Shown: positions 1 through 9,555 of the stretch, one piece after another
How positions within the stretch are numbered: the stretch's first letter is position 1
Layout of the letters: each line of letters begins with the position of its first letter
Virus record (IMG/VR): IMGVR_UViG_3300032240_001991
Location: 248,001-312,000 of that record
Strand: one strand, 5' to 3'
DNA length: 64,000 nt
Translations under genes and position numbers: made by a program
Notes under the pieces: model-generated
Seen by the model: the letters and a program-made list of their open reading frames with translations, nothing else
Told to the model about the DNA's origin: nothing
Database searches by the model: none

Positions 1-1
1 A

Positions 2-421
2 AACGGTACTCAAGAACTGCACACAGATTTTAAGCAATATCTAAAAAAATGGAATCAGTCTCAATGGCCACATGGGGGGTTTGGAGAAATTACATTTAGT
101 GTCAGCGCAAAACTAAGTTGCAGTGGAGAAAGCAGAGAAGATGCAATTAAGCCAGACATTGTCTGTGAATATGAAGATGTAGGGTTTACATATCTTAAGT
201 TTGTTGTGGCAAGCGAAGAAGATGCACAAGAAGCAATTGAAACTGTAAAAGTCTATCGAGATGCTGGATTTCAAGGTCCAGTATATCTCATGCCTGTGGG
301 CGGTGTAGAAAGTGTGTATTCACTAAATAATCGCCGTGTTGCTGAATTAGCAATGCGTAACGGACTAAGATATAGCGATAGATTGCAGGTACCGTTATTC
401 AAGAACGCATGGGGAACATGA
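2..421 (+). CDS. queE: 7-carboxy-7-deazaguanine synthase QueE-like radical SAM protein, C-terminal part (5' truncated by window)
   Basis: The frame of ORF 206..421 is open back to base 2: NGTQ...ITFSVSAKLSCSGE...YLKFVV...VYLMPVG...RYSDRLQVPLFKNAWGT. This matches the QueE (ET)NGT, S(P)KL, LKFVV, YLMP and RLQ/H motifs. The CxxxCxxC motif would lie upstream of the window. Confidence 0.8.
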   Translation, partial: NGTQELHTDFKQYLKKWNQSQWPHGGFGEITFSVSAKLSCSGESREDAIKPDIVCEYEDVGFTYLKFVVASEEDAQEAIETVKVYRDAGFQGPVYLMPVGGVESVYSLNNRRVAELAMRNGLRYSDRLQVPLFKNAWGT

Positions 422-422
422 T

Positions 423-935
423 ATGAACAAATGGATTAAAAAGTTACTAGGGGTTGATAAAATTGAAGCCGATGTTGCTGCTGCAATTAAAGCCAAGACT
501 GAGTCTGAACAAGCGGCAAAAGAGGCACAAGAACTAGCTGCACAAGCTAGAGCTCTTGCTGAACAAGCTGTAAAAGAATCAGCGGAAGTTGCTGAAACTG
601 CCAAAGCCGCACAGCAGCAAGCTAAAGAATATGCAAAGATGTTGCCTAAAGAAAGAGCAACAGCTAATAAAGAACCTTACGTAGCTGTGCTCGAAACGCA
701 TGTTAATGATCAAAATCCTCGCAACGGATTCTTTGAACTAGATTGGAATGAATATTTTATTATCCAATTAAAGGCCGAAGGATACTTTGGAGAAACAGAC
801 GAAGAAATCATTGACAAATGGTGGCGAGAGATTTGTCGTAATGTTGCAGCAGAAGAAGGAGTTAACATGGATCGACGGGGAAGCGGCTATATTAATGTTA
901 ACGATCTTGGAAACGGAAAATCTGAGATAAGCTAA
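423..935 (+). CDS. hypothetical phage protein (N-terminal coiled coil, C-terminal GFFELDWN domain)
   Basis: 170-aa ORF tightly packed between neighbouring genes. Confidence 0.75.
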   Translation: MNKWIKKLLGVDKIEADVAAAIKAKTESEQAAKEAQELAAQARALAEQAVKESAEVAETAKAAQQQAKEYAKMLPKERATANKEPYVAVLETHVNDQNPRNGFFELDWNEYFIIQLKAEGYFGETDEEIIDKWWREICRNVAAEEGVNMDRRGSGYINVNDLGNGKSEIS

Positions 936-1657
936 TGAACAATTACCATACATATCTAAAATCAAAAGGGCTAGCATCAGATAAAGGACCAGAGCAAGAT
1001 TTAATTACATATCTTAGCTTTTTAAAAAATCAAGGTTTACAAATTGACGTTGTTTATGATATTGGCGCTTGGATGGGCTACTGGAGTCCGCTAATTAAAC
1101 ACAGTGTTTTGCACGATGCAAAGTTTATTATGTTTGAAGCAAACAGCAAATATATTCCCTCTTTGTCTGCATCTGGATTTCCGTTTTTCAATCTTCTTTT
1201 AAGCAACCCTGGAAGAGAATACGTTGAGTTTTATAACGGAACGAATTCGGGCGATAGCTACTATAAAGAAACTACTACTATATATGACAACCAAACAAGT
1301 ATTAAATTACCTTGCACAACACTAGATGAAGTTATTAGGAAGTTTCAGCTCCCATATCCTAATTTCATTAAAATTGATACCCAGGGTTCTGAACTGGACA
1401 TTCTTGCAGGAGCAACTTCAGTACTAGGGTATGTTGATTTAATATATGTAGAATGCCCAATATTAAATTATAATTCAGGTGCGCCCAAAATCCAAGATTA
1501 TCTTGAATTTTTTAAGAAACACGAATTTTTACCAGTTCAACTAATTGAACAACATGTTTCAGAAGATATGTTGATTCAGGTTGACATAATGTTCATGAGA
1601 AAGCAAACTAAGGATCGTATATTGCAGCCTAACGCTACGATTAGACCTTGGGGATAA
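935..1657 (+). CDS. FkbM-family (Methyltransf_21) SAM-dependent methyltransferase
   Basis: VYDIGAWMG motif I, FEAN, TTLD, FIKIDTQGSELDILAGA, Q.D.+F at the C-terminus. Confidence 0.85.
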   Translation: MNNYHTYLKSKGLASDKGPEQDLITYLSFLKNQGLQIDVVYDIGAWMGYWSPLIKHSVLHDAKFIMFEANSKYIPSLSASGFPFFNLLLSNPGREYVEFYNGTNSGDSYYKETTTIYDNQTSIKLPCTTLDEVIRKFQLPYPNFIKIDTQGSELDILAGATSVLGYVDLIYVECPILNYNSGAPKIQDYLEFFKKHEFLPVQLIEQHVSEDMLIQVDIMFMRKQTKDRILQPNATIRPWG

Positions 1658-1658
1658 A

Positions 1659-2651
1659 ATGACATACATCTTAGTTGATACTGCGAACACATTTTTTAGA
1701 GCTCGTCACGTTGTTCGAGGAGAACTTAACGATAAGATTGGTATGAGTATTCATACTGTGTTAAGCAGCATCCGTAAAGCATGGAAAGATTTTGACGGTA
1801 AGCATATTGTTTTTTGCCTTGAAGGACGCAGTTGGCGTAAGGATATATATGCACCTTATAAACGACAACGGGCAGAATCTCAAGCAGCTCTGTCTCCTAA
1901 AGAAGCAGAAGAAGAAAGAGTGTTTTGGGAAACCTTTGATGAATTTAAGAATTTTATCAAAGATAAAACTAACTGCACAGTACTCCAGCATCCTCGACTT
2001 GAAGCGGATGATCTTATTGCTGGATGGATACAAAATCATCCTAATGACGAACACGTAATCATTTCTACGGATGGTGATTTCGCACAATTAATTGCACCCA
2101 ATGTTCGCCAGTATAACGGAGTTACTGGAATAACTACTAGTATCAAAGGTTACTTCGACGAAAAGGGGAAACCAGTGATTGACAATAAAACTAAAGAAGA
2201 AAAAGCTGCTCCTAACCCAGAATGGTTGCTTTTTGAAAAGTGTATGCGCGGTGATACTTCAGACAATATCTTCAGTGCTTATCCTGGTGTTCGTACTAAA
2301 GGTACCAAGAACAAAGTAGGGCTGTTAGAAGCATTTGCAGATCGTACCACTAAAGGTTACAGCTGGAATAATTTAATGTTGCAACGCTGGACCGATCACG
2401 AAGGCCACGAACACCGTGTGTTTGAAGACTATCAACGTAATACTCAACTTTGTGATCTTTCTGCACAGCCTGCTGAAATTAAAGAAATTATAAACGAAAC
2501 AATTCAGAAAGAAATAGCAGCTAATAAGAATATTAGCCAGGTTGGTATTCGGTTAATGAAATTTTGTGCGTCCTATGATTTAGTAAGAATTACGGAACAA
2601 ATTGAAAGCTATGCTAAACCGCTAAATGCAAGATACTTAGAATGTCAATGA
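1659..2651 (+). CDS. rnh: T4 RNase H-like 5'-3' exonuclease (FEN/PIN fold)
   Basis: ILVDTAN, SWRKDIYAPYKRQR, LEADDLIA, IISTDGDFAQL and GDTSDNI acidic active-site motifs. Confidence 0.9.
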   Translation: MTYILVDTANTFFRARHVVRGELNDKIGMSIHTVLSSIRKAWKDFDGKHIVFCLEGRSWRKDIYAPYKRQRAESQAALSPKEAEEERVFWETFDEFKNFIKDKTNCTVLQHPRLEADDLIAGWIQNHPNDEHVIISTDGDFAQLIAPNVRQYNGVTGITTSIKGYFDEKGKPVIDNKTKEEKAAPNPEWLLFEKCMRGDTSDNIFSAYPGVRTKGTKNKVGLLEAFADRTTKGYSWNNLMLQRWTDHEGHEHRVFEDYQRNTQLCDLSAQPAEIKEIINETIQKEIAANKNISQVGIRLMKFCASYDLVRITEQIESYAKPLNARYLECQ

Positions 2652-2707
2652 CTTGCCTATATTATAACGATTGTGAAGCAAAAGTTGACAAATGTAAGGA
2701 GATAACT

Positions 2708-3193
2708 ATGAATGTTACAGCTAAGGTGTTAGTTCCAAATAAAGTTTGGATAGTACAAGAAAAAGGTTCAAAATTAGGAACTCTAAACAAAGAGAAGAAA
2801 GGGTACAGCTTTTTTAAGAAAGGTGTTAAAACTACTCTTAGTGATCTTTCTGCTGTTAAGGAAAGATTTGGATCTGAAATTTTTAAAGAACAGGAACCGG
2901 TAGTTACTTTACCTAAGCCTGAACTTCGCAACATTTATGAGTTTCCATGTGGTTCAAAACCGTATAATCCAGTATATAATATAAGAAAAAGATTACCTAT
3001 CTACGCAAAAAGCTCTAAAAGCAAGAGCCTATATTGTGCAGGTTATTATGTAATTAAGTTCCGTAAAGGTTGGGTTAAAAGTTTCTGTCCTAAGTTAATT
3101 ACTCTTGACAGATATCCTTATCTAGGACCTTATAAAACAGAACAAGATATGAAGAACATGTTAAATTCATTAAATAGATCATGCCACAACTAA
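2708..3193 (+). CDS. hypothetical phage protein
   Basis: ORF 2642..3193; start moved to ATG 2708, which follows an AAGGAG SD. Confidence 0.7.
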   Translation: MNVTAKVLVPNKVWIVQEKGSKLGTLNKEKKGYSFFKKGVKTTLSDLSAVKERFGSEIFKEQEPVVTLPKPELRNIYEFPCGSKPYNPVYNIRKRLPIYAKSSKSKSLYCAGYYVIKFRKGWVKSFCPKLITLDRYPYLGPYKTEQDMKNMLNSLNRSCHN

Positions 3194-3408
3194 ACACATT
3201 ACCTATAGAAATCTTCTTAGAAAAGGCCAGGATTGCGGTCAAAACTAATCAAAAACACCTCAATTTAGATATAAAAGAGGTACAATCTTTATCAGATTGT
3301 CTAGCAGTAGTAATGACTAGATTAGCCGGTGATCTAGATGAAAGATTACAGAATATTCAAAATCAACCATCGAACATTTCTATTAAAATGGATGGGGGAT
3401 CTTTTTAA
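3181..3408 (+). CDS. hypothetical phage protein
   Basis: 75-aa ORF in operon context. Confidence 0.65.
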   Translation: MPQLNTLPIEIFLEKARIAVKTNQKHLNLDIKEVQSLSDCLAVVMTRLAGDLDERLQNIQNQPSNISIKMDGGSF

Positions 3409-3415
3409 TAAATTC

Positions 3416-3425
3416 TAAATAAATA
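3416..3425 (+). promoter_or_regulatory. putative gp55-dependent late promoter (TAAATA core, doubled)
   Basis: TAAATAAATA in the intergenic gap; the same core recurs upstream of many structural genes (T4 late consensus TATAAATA). Confidence 0.5.
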
Positions 3426-3454
3426 TATGTGTAGTTTAAGGAATATTACACATA

Positions 3455-3754
3455 ATGAGTCGCCCAAAGCCAAAGGTATTACTAGAAGTAACTAATAAGA
3501 AAACTTTTAAAACAGAACAGGTTTTAGAAGCAGAGGCTATTTGGGCGGTCTTTTATAAAGACGAACCAGTAAATCTTAAAACAGTTTCGTTAATTGCAGA
3601 ACAGTTAGGGCCAAAGTATAAAAAGGTTTCGTTTTCAAATAGCGGTCATGCTTACAATCTTGCAGAAAAATTAAATAAATTGTATAATTGTAATGATTTT
3701 TCTGTTTACAAACTAACTACGGGCCAAAAGATTTCGGATGGACACCAAACATAA
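3455..3754 (+). CDS. hypothetical phage protein (MSRPKP N-terminus)
   Basis: 99-aa ORF with an upstream AAGGA SD. Confidence 0.75.
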   Translation: MSRPKPKVLLEVTNKKTFKTEQVLEAEAIWAVFYKDEPVNLKTVSLIAEQLGPKYKKVSFSNSGHAYNLAEKLNKLYNCNDFSVYKLTTGQKISDGHQT

Positions 3755-4136
3755 ACTAACTGTAGAATTTTTAACAAACTGGCTTGGGTATAGACCAAAC
3801 GATTTGGTTATTTCTAAGTATTATCAAAAATGGTGGAAAAATATTAGGGCAGCTGAAAATCGCAGTTTACAGTTAACGTATGACGGATTTTCTTTTTTAA
3901 AAAACCGTGATCTTTTGAAATTTTATTCAATCGATACCATAGATACTGTTTATACCAGTAAAGTAATGCTTCAACTAGACAAGTATCTAGATTGTCCCTG
4001 GTATCTCGATACACATAGATGTATTCAGGTAAGTAGAGAAAAAATTGCAGTACAACTAATTTTATTTGGCGGAGACCTGGTAAGGTATGGTAACGCTAAA
4101 GCCAAATCTGAAGAAAACTCGTTGACTTTTACCTAA
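3738..4136 (+). CDS. hypothetical phage protein
   Basis: 132-aa ORF overlapping the previous gene. Confidence 0.65.
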   Translation: MDTKHKLTVEFLTNWLGYRPNDLVISKYYQKWWKNIRAAENRSLQLTYDGFSFLKNRDLLKFYSIDTIDTVYTSKVMLQLDKYLDCPWYLDTHRCIQVSREKIAVQLILFGGDLVRYGNAKAKSEENSLTFT

Positions 4137-4149
4137 ATTCTTGTATAAT
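4122..4149 (+). promoter_or_regulatory. sigma70-type early promoter
   Basis: TTGACT (4122-4127), 16-nt spacer, TATAAT (4144-4149), upstream of the AAA gene. Confidence 0.65.
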
Positions 4150-4185
4150 AGCTCTGTTGGTAAACAATTTTTCTAAAGGTGGTAT

Positions 4186-5268
4186 ATGGCAGAAAAAATC
4201 TCTTCAAATCGCACCGTTAGTCCTAACGAAGCGAAAAAGGCACTTCGCAAGTGCATTAAAATTCAACGCCCAGTTTTTATCTGGGGTCCTCCGGGTATTG
4301 GTAAGAGCGATGTTGTGCACCAAATTGGTAATGAACAAAATCGCGAAGTAATTGATGTTCGGTTGAGTCTTTGGGAACCCACTGACATCAAAGGCATTCC
4401 TTATTATAATTCTACTCTTAACAGCATGGTGTGGGCACCACCTGTTGAATTGCCTACTGATCCAGATAGTACCGCTATTCTTTTCCTTGACGAGCTTAAT
4501 TCTGCTGCACCTGCTACGCAAGCTGCTGCCTACCAGTTAGTTCTCAATCGTCGAGTTGGCACATATGTACTACCTAAAGGTGTTAGTATTGTTGCTGCTG
4601 GTAACCGCGAAACTGACAAGGGTGTTACCTATCGTATGCCAGCGCCGTTGGCTAGTCGATTCTTGCATCTTGAACTGCGTACTGATTTTGAAGATTGGTT
4701 GTATTGGGCTACCTCTAACAACATCCACGAACAGGTTGTAGGTTATCTAGGATTTGCTAAACAAGATCTTTATGATTTTGATCCTCGTGGTTCTAGCCGT
4801 AGTTTCGCTACGCCGCGCACCTGGAGTTTTGTAAGCGATCTTCTTCAGGACGACGATCTTGACGACAATACGCTTACTGATCTTGTTGCTGGTGCAATTG
4901 GTGAAGGACTTGCTGTTAAATTTATGGCGCATCGCAAAGTTGCAAAACAGATGCCAAATCCAACAGACATCCTTAACGGTAAGGTAACTAAATGTTCTAT
5001 TAAAGAAGTATCAGCGATGTACTCGCTTAACATTAGCCTTTGCTACGAACTTCAAGAACTTGATCGTAAGAAAAACAAAGATTGGGACAAGATGGCAGAT
5101 AACTTCTTCCGTTTTATGATGGACAACTTCCCAACTGAGCTAACTGTTATGGGTGCAAAGATTGCTCTTACTAACTACAACTTGCCGTTTGATGCTAGCA
5201 AGCTTAAGAATTTTGACGAGTTCCATCAGAAGTACGGTAAGTACATTATTCAGGCTATGGAGGGTTAA
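4186..5268 (+). CDS. MoxR/dynein-related AAA+ ATPase
   Basis: Walker A GPPGIGKS, Walker B LFLDELN, sensor AAGNR, arginine finger region PLASRF. Confidence 0.9.
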   Translation: MAEKISSNRTVSPNEAKKALRKCIKIQRPVFIWGPPGIGKSDVVHQIGNEQNREVIDVRLSLWEPTDIKGIPYYNSTLNSMVWAPPVELPTDPDSTAILFLDELNSAAPATQAAAYQLVLNRRVGTYVLPKGVSIVAAGNRETDKGVTYRMPAPLASRFLHLELRTDFEDWLYWATSNNIHEQVVGYLGFAKQDLYDFDPRGSSRSFATPRTWSFVSDLLQDDDLDDNTLTDLVAGAIGEGLAVKFMAHRKVAKQMPNPTDILNGKVTKCSIKEVSAMYSLNISLCYELQELDRKKNKDWDKMADNFFRFMMDNFPTELTVMGAKIALTNYNLPFDASKLKNFDEFHQKYGKYIIQAMEG

Positions 5269-5272
5269 TTAA

Positions 5273-6538
5273 ATGTCTAACGTGATGAAACAGGAAAAGA
5301 TTAAAAAATCAGTGAAAACGAAAGAATTTTCGTCAGCTGAAAAAAACAAGATTATAGAAAAACTTGTTACGGCTCGCGTTGGTCTTCTTCTGCGACATCC
5401 GTTTTTTGGCAATATGGCAACTCGTTTGCAACTTATCGATGCCAGTGATTGGTGCCCTACACTGGCTACCGATGGTCGTAAATTTTATTACAACAACGAG
5501 TTTGTGAGCAAACTTAAACCTAAGGAAGCTGAGTTTGGGTTTGCTCATGAGGTATTACACAACGTATTTGATCATTTGGGTCGCCGCAATGATCGAGATC
5601 CTAATCTATCAAATATTGCCGCAGACTTTACCGTTAATCAAATCCTAAAAGATGAAAAAATTGGCGAAGTTCCGTCAATGATTAAAATCTTTCAGGATAA
5701 TAAGTATCGCGGGTGGAGCTACGAACAGGTATATGAAGACCTTGAGTCTCGTTGTACTAAAATTAATATCAATGATCTTGGAGAACTTCTTGACGAACAT
5801 CTCGACGGTGATGGCGAAGGTGATAGTGAAAACGGAAATGACGGTGAAGAAATTGACGGCAACGGAAAAGGACGTCCGCGGTTAACTGCTGAAGAACGTA
5901 AAAAGATCCGAGACGAAATTAAAGAAGCAATGGTTGCGGCTGCGCAAAATGCAGGAGCTGGTAAACTTCCGGCAGGTATTCGTCGTTTAATTAGCGACTT
6001 TACTGAACCAAAAATGGATTGGCGCCAACTGCTTCGTATGAATATTCAAAGCATTATTAAAAATAACTTTAGTTTTAATCGCCCAAATCGTAAAAGTCAA
6101 CATTCGGGTGCTGTTCTTCCGGGAATGGTTAACGAAGAAACTATTGATATTTCAGTAGCCATTGATATGAGCGGTAGTATTACTAACGCGCAAGCTAAGG
6201 ACATGATTAGCGAAGTTAAAGGTATTATGGATGAATACACTGACTTTAAACTGGACTTGTGGTGCTTTGACACTCAGGTTTATAACTATGCTCAGTTTAC
6301 GGGCGATAATGCTGACGAAATTCTTGATTACGAAGTTCACGGCGGAGGCGGCACTAGCTTTGAAGTCAATTGGGAATTTATGAAGGAAAACGGCATTGAA
6401 CCAAAACGATTTGTAATGTTTACTGACGGATATCCTTGCGGTGGTTGGGGTGACTCAGACTATTGCGAAACACTATTCATTATTCACGGCAACGAAACTA
6501 TCGTTGCGCCATTTGGCCAAACTGCATATTATAAATAA
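5273..6538 (+). CDS. DUF2201-type HExxH metallopeptidase-like domain plus vWA domain protein (partner of the AAA ATPase)
   Basis: TLATDG, AHEVLH, acidic linker, MIDAS DMSGS, GGGGTSF, FTDGY. Confidence 0.88.
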   Translation: MSNVMKQEKIKKSVKTKEFSSAEKNKIIEKLVTARVGLLLRHPFFGNMATRLQLIDASDWCPTLATDGRKFYYNNEFVSKLKPKEAEFGFAHEVLHNVFDHLGRRNDRDPNLSNIAADFTVNQILKDEKIGEVPSMIKIFQDNKYRGWSYEQVYEDLESRCTKININDLGELLDEHLDGDGEGDSENGNDGEEIDGNGKGRPRLTAEERKKIRDEIKEAMVAAAQNAGAGKLPAGIRRLISDFTEPKMDWRQLLRMNIQSIIKNNFSFNRPNRKSQHSGAVLPGMVNEETIDISVAIDMSGSITNAQAKDMISEVKGIMDEYTDFKLDLWCFDTQVYNYAQFTGDNADEILDYEVHGGGGTSFEVNWEFMKENGIEPKRFVMFTDGYPCGGWGDSDYCETLFIIHGNETIVAPFGQTAYYK

Positions 6539-6550
6539 ACTAGGTACTTT

Positions 6551-6844
6551 ATGGCTTTATTAAAAGGTTCAGTAAATCCATTAAATGTTGTAGGACAGCG
6601 CAGACTGTCCTACATTCCTGAGCATTTTTCAAAAATGAAAATTAGTGACGCTTACCAGATAGAAAAAATTGACCAGTGGATATATTATAACTTAAATAGT
6701 AGGTATTGCGTTAAACTAAAATGGGATCTAGATGACAGTAGAAAGTTTGCAGACGTCTGCGAAATTGGAGTTGAAGATCCTAAAGAGTTAACAATGCTTA
6801 GTTTAGCGTGCCCATATTTAAATAGAAATAAGAAGGAGTATTAA
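6551..6844 (+). CDS. hypothetical phage protein
   Basis: 97-aa ORF in operon. Confidence 0.7.
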   Translation: MALLKGSVNPLNVVGQRRLSYIPEHFSKMKISDAYQIEKIDQWIYYNLNSRYCVKLKWDLDDSRKFADVCEIGVEDPKELTMLSLACPYLNRNKKEY

Positions 6845-7066
6845 ATGTCAGAAAATAACACAGAAACCGCACAGACCTCGCCAGAGCTAACTGTAGTTGA
6901 TCTACAAAATTTGAGATCTATTATTGATGTTGCGTCTCGTCGTGGTGCTTTTGGTGCGGCAGAAATGTCTGCAGTTGGAAGTGTATACGGTCGTTTAGAA
7001 GCATTTCTTAACGCTGTAGCACCGCCACAGGCATCAGCAGATGCTACGACACAGCCAACCTCATAA
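6845..7066 (+). CDS. hypothetical phage protein
   Basis: 73-aa ORF with AAGGAG SD. Confidence 0.75.
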   Translation: MSENNTETAQTSPELTVVDLQNLRSIIDVASRRGAFGAAEMSAVGSVYGRLEAFLNAVAPPQASADATTQPTS

Positions 7067-7075
7067 GGAGTTTTT

Positions 7076-7678
7076 ATGAAACATGTCGGTAAGATGAAAA
7101 ATAATTCAGCTAGACTAGCTGTAGTTTATAGGACGTTACCGGGTGAACCGCTCAATGCCCTTGTTGTTGGAACACAGGGACTTGCGGATAGCTACCATGA
7201 TACACTTATGAGCTTGATTGAAACGCCTGCTGCTCAACAGGCTAACGAACTTGCAGATATTTTAGCAGTTCGCAAATTTCCAGACGGTAACGTAATGTTA
7301 GGGTATCTTCATAGTAAGGGGCACCTAAAGAAGGTTCCTACTAATATGGTACTTATGACTCCGGACAGTCAAACGCAGCTTCCGTTAGATGAGCTTAACA
7401 GACTTATCGCACAACAGAAAGGCATTTCAATTGAGGATCTTGCAGTTAATGACGGCACAGAAAAATCTACTAAAAAAGTAGAAACTATCGACATTGCTGA
7501 AGTTAAAGAACCAGTTCTTGAAAGTAAGACGGTTGAGAAAAAGATCTTTGATCTTTCTCCAGAAGAAATGCGTAGTCGCGCTGATGCGCTTTATAAAGAA
7601 GCTGCAAGACTTCGTAAAGAAGCCGATGCGCTCGATCCACCTAAGTCTAAAAAGAAAGCGGCTAAAGTCGAAGTCTAA
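7076..7678 (+). CDS. hypothetical phage protein (basic C-terminus)
   Basis: 200-aa ORF with TAAGGAG SD. Confidence 0.8.
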   Translation: MKHVGKMKNNSARLAVVYRTLPGEPLNALVVGTQGLADSYHDTLMSLIETPAAQQANELADILAVRKFPDGNVMLGYLHSKGHLKKVPTNMVLMTPDSQTQLPLDELNRLIAQQKGISIEDLAVNDGTEKSTKKVETIDIAEVKEPVLESKTVEKKIFDLSPEEMRSRADALYKEAARLRKEADALDPPKSKKKAAKVEV

Positions 7679-8166
7679 TGATTGTTGGATTAGTTGCTGT
7701 AGATCAGAAACAAGGCATAGGGTTTGATAATTCTATGCCTTGGCCTCAACTGATTGACGATCTAAAATGGTTTAAAAAAAGAACTGATAATAATGTTGTT
7801 TTGATGGGTTCAAAAACCTGGAAAAGTATCGGAAAACCTCTCCCCGGTAGAATTAATGTTGTTATCAGTTCTCAACTATATACTAACGCAGACTTAACGC
7901 TCTCAGATCCTGTTGAAGCTATAACAGAATTATCTGAAAGATACAGAAATAAAGATATCTGTATAATTGGCGGTCAGGCTGTATTTGATTCTGTAAAACA
8001 TTTAATAGACGTTTTTTATATTACAGAGATTGAAGCCACATACGAATGTGATCGACAATTTGACTTAGAATATGTCACAAGAAAATTTAAAAATGTTTCT
8101 GAGTTAGAGCACATTGATGCAACAGAAACAACGCCTGCATACACAATAAAAGAATACAAAAAATGA
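7678..8166 (+). CDS. frd: dihydrofolate reductase
   Basis: GIGFDNSMPW, DLKWFK, VLMGSKTWKSI, PLPGRINVVIS, IIGG. Confidence 0.95.
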   Translation: MIVGLVAVDQKQGIGFDNSMPWPQLIDDLKWFKKRTDNNVVLMGSKTWKSIGKPLPGRINVVISSQLYTNADLTLSDPVEAITELSERYRNKDICIIGGQAVFDSVKHLIDVFYITEIEATYECDRQFDLEYVTRKFKNVSELEHIDATETTPAYTIKEYKK

Positions 8167-9035
8167 AAGAATACCATGAAATACTTTGCGACGTTTTAGA
8201 AAACGGCGAGGAGCGTCCTGACCGTACCGGGAAAGGAACTCTTAGTAAGTTTGGAATGCAAACTAGGTTTGATCTTACTAAAGGATTTCCTGCAGTTACT
8301 ACTAAAAAACTTGCTTGGAAAGCCGTAGTTAGCGAACTACTTTGGTTTATTGAAGGTAGCGGTGATGAGAATCGTTTAAAAGAAATTTTACACGGCGATC
8401 GAAATAGTGACAAAAAAACTATCTGGACTGATAATGCTAATGCCGATTATTGGGTCAATCGTAGACTTAAACGCCATGTAGGAGATCTAGGTCGCATCTA
8501 CGGAGTACAATGGCGTAAATGGCGTAGACCATTGGTTAGAATCAATAAGGTAGTGTTGCAAAATCATGACCAATTAATGGATTTAATTAATGGAATTATG
8601 GAAGATCCTTACGGACGTAGGCACATTATTACTGCGTGGAACCCTGGCGAATTAGAATTAATGGCATTACCTCCTTGTCATGTTATGGCTCAGTTTTACG
8701 TAAGTAACGGAAAATTAAGCTGCCAAATGTATCAGAGATCTGCAGATTTATTTCTAGGTGTTCCTTTTAATATTGCTAGCTATGCTTTGTTTACTCACAT
8801 GATTGCACAGGTTTGCAAATTAGAAGTAGGTGAATTAATTCTTACGTTAGGCGATGCTCACATATATAAAGATCATATTGAACAAGTTAAAGAGCAACTT
8901 TCAAGAAAGATTCTACCTCTACCAACTTTAAAATTAAATTCTGAAATTGATCGAATTGACGATTTTTCAATGCGTGATATAGAACTAATTGATTATCAAT
9001 GTCACGAACCAATCAAAGCCCAAATGGCTGTTTGA
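8163..9035 (+). CDS. td: thymidylate synthase (ThyA type, no intron)
   Basis: DRTGKGT, ELLWF, YGVQWR, catalytic LPPCH, YQRSADLFLGVPFNIASY, GDAHIY. Confidence 0.97.
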   Translation: MKEYHEILCDVLENGEERPDRTGKGTLSKFGMQTRFDLTKGFPAVTTKKLAWKAVVSELLWFIEGSGDENRLKEILHGDRNSDKKTIWTDNANADYWVNRRLKRHVGDLGRIYGVQWRKWRRPLVRINKVVLQNHDQLMDLINGIMEDPYGRRHIITAWNPGELELMALPPCHVMAQFYVSNGKLSCQMYQRSADLFLGVPFNIASYALFTHMIAQVCKLEVGELILTLGDAHIYKDHIEQVKEQLSRKILPLPTLKLNSEIDRIDDFSMRDIELIDYQCHEPIKAQMAV

Positions 9036-9554
9036 TTATAAAAACTTAATTGTGGTAGTTGGATAAGACCAAGAGACATTTGCATTAGTCCAGGACCATA
9101 ACCCTGACGAATAAGTTGCACTAGCTCTAAGATATGGTGCTTTATCAATATATAAAGCAGTCCACCCGCTATTGGTTGCGCCAGTAATTTTTAATACTAA
9201 TGTATTAGCATTATCATTAGTATACAGATCAGTTAATGCAGCGCCGCTGTAAATACTAGAAGTCGTTGGCGTTATAGCACCAAACGGAATCGCTCCGCCT
9301 ATATGAATAACTCCATTTAAACTATATCCCGAATAGCTCCAATCAAATGTAAAACCAGGACCACTAGTAACACTTCCGCTATCATTTCCAACTGTTAATA
9401 CATGAGATTCTAATGGAGAATCGAGCTGTGTATCGAGCCAAACACTACCATTCCAAGTAAAAAAATTAGTAGATGTTAACCATGAAGATCCCTTCCAAGT
9501 TTTTATTCCTATATCTGCCCATGCAGTTCCATTCCAAATTTTTGGAATTGACAT
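9036..9554 (-). CDS. small tail-fibre-associated protein / putative adhesin (three W-x-G-x-x-W repeats)
   Basis: KIWNGTAW, KTWKGSSW, FTWNGSVW followed by a beta-rich domain; directly downstream of a fibre gene; paralog of 11087..11647. Confidence 0.6.
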   Translation of the reverse strand: MSIPKIWNGTAWADIGIKTWKGSSWLTSTNFFTWNGSVWLDTQLDSPLESHVLTVGNDSGSVTSGPGFTFDWSYSGYSLNGVIHIGGAIPFGAITPTTSSIYSGAALTDLYTNDNANTLVLKITGATNSGWTALYIDKAPYLRASATYSSGLWSWTNANVSWSYPTTTIKFL

Positions 9555-9555
9555 T

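Noticed and set aside
8163-9035. Intron or intein in td (or in gp46, gp20, gp23)
   Set aside because: All are continuous ORFs of normal length
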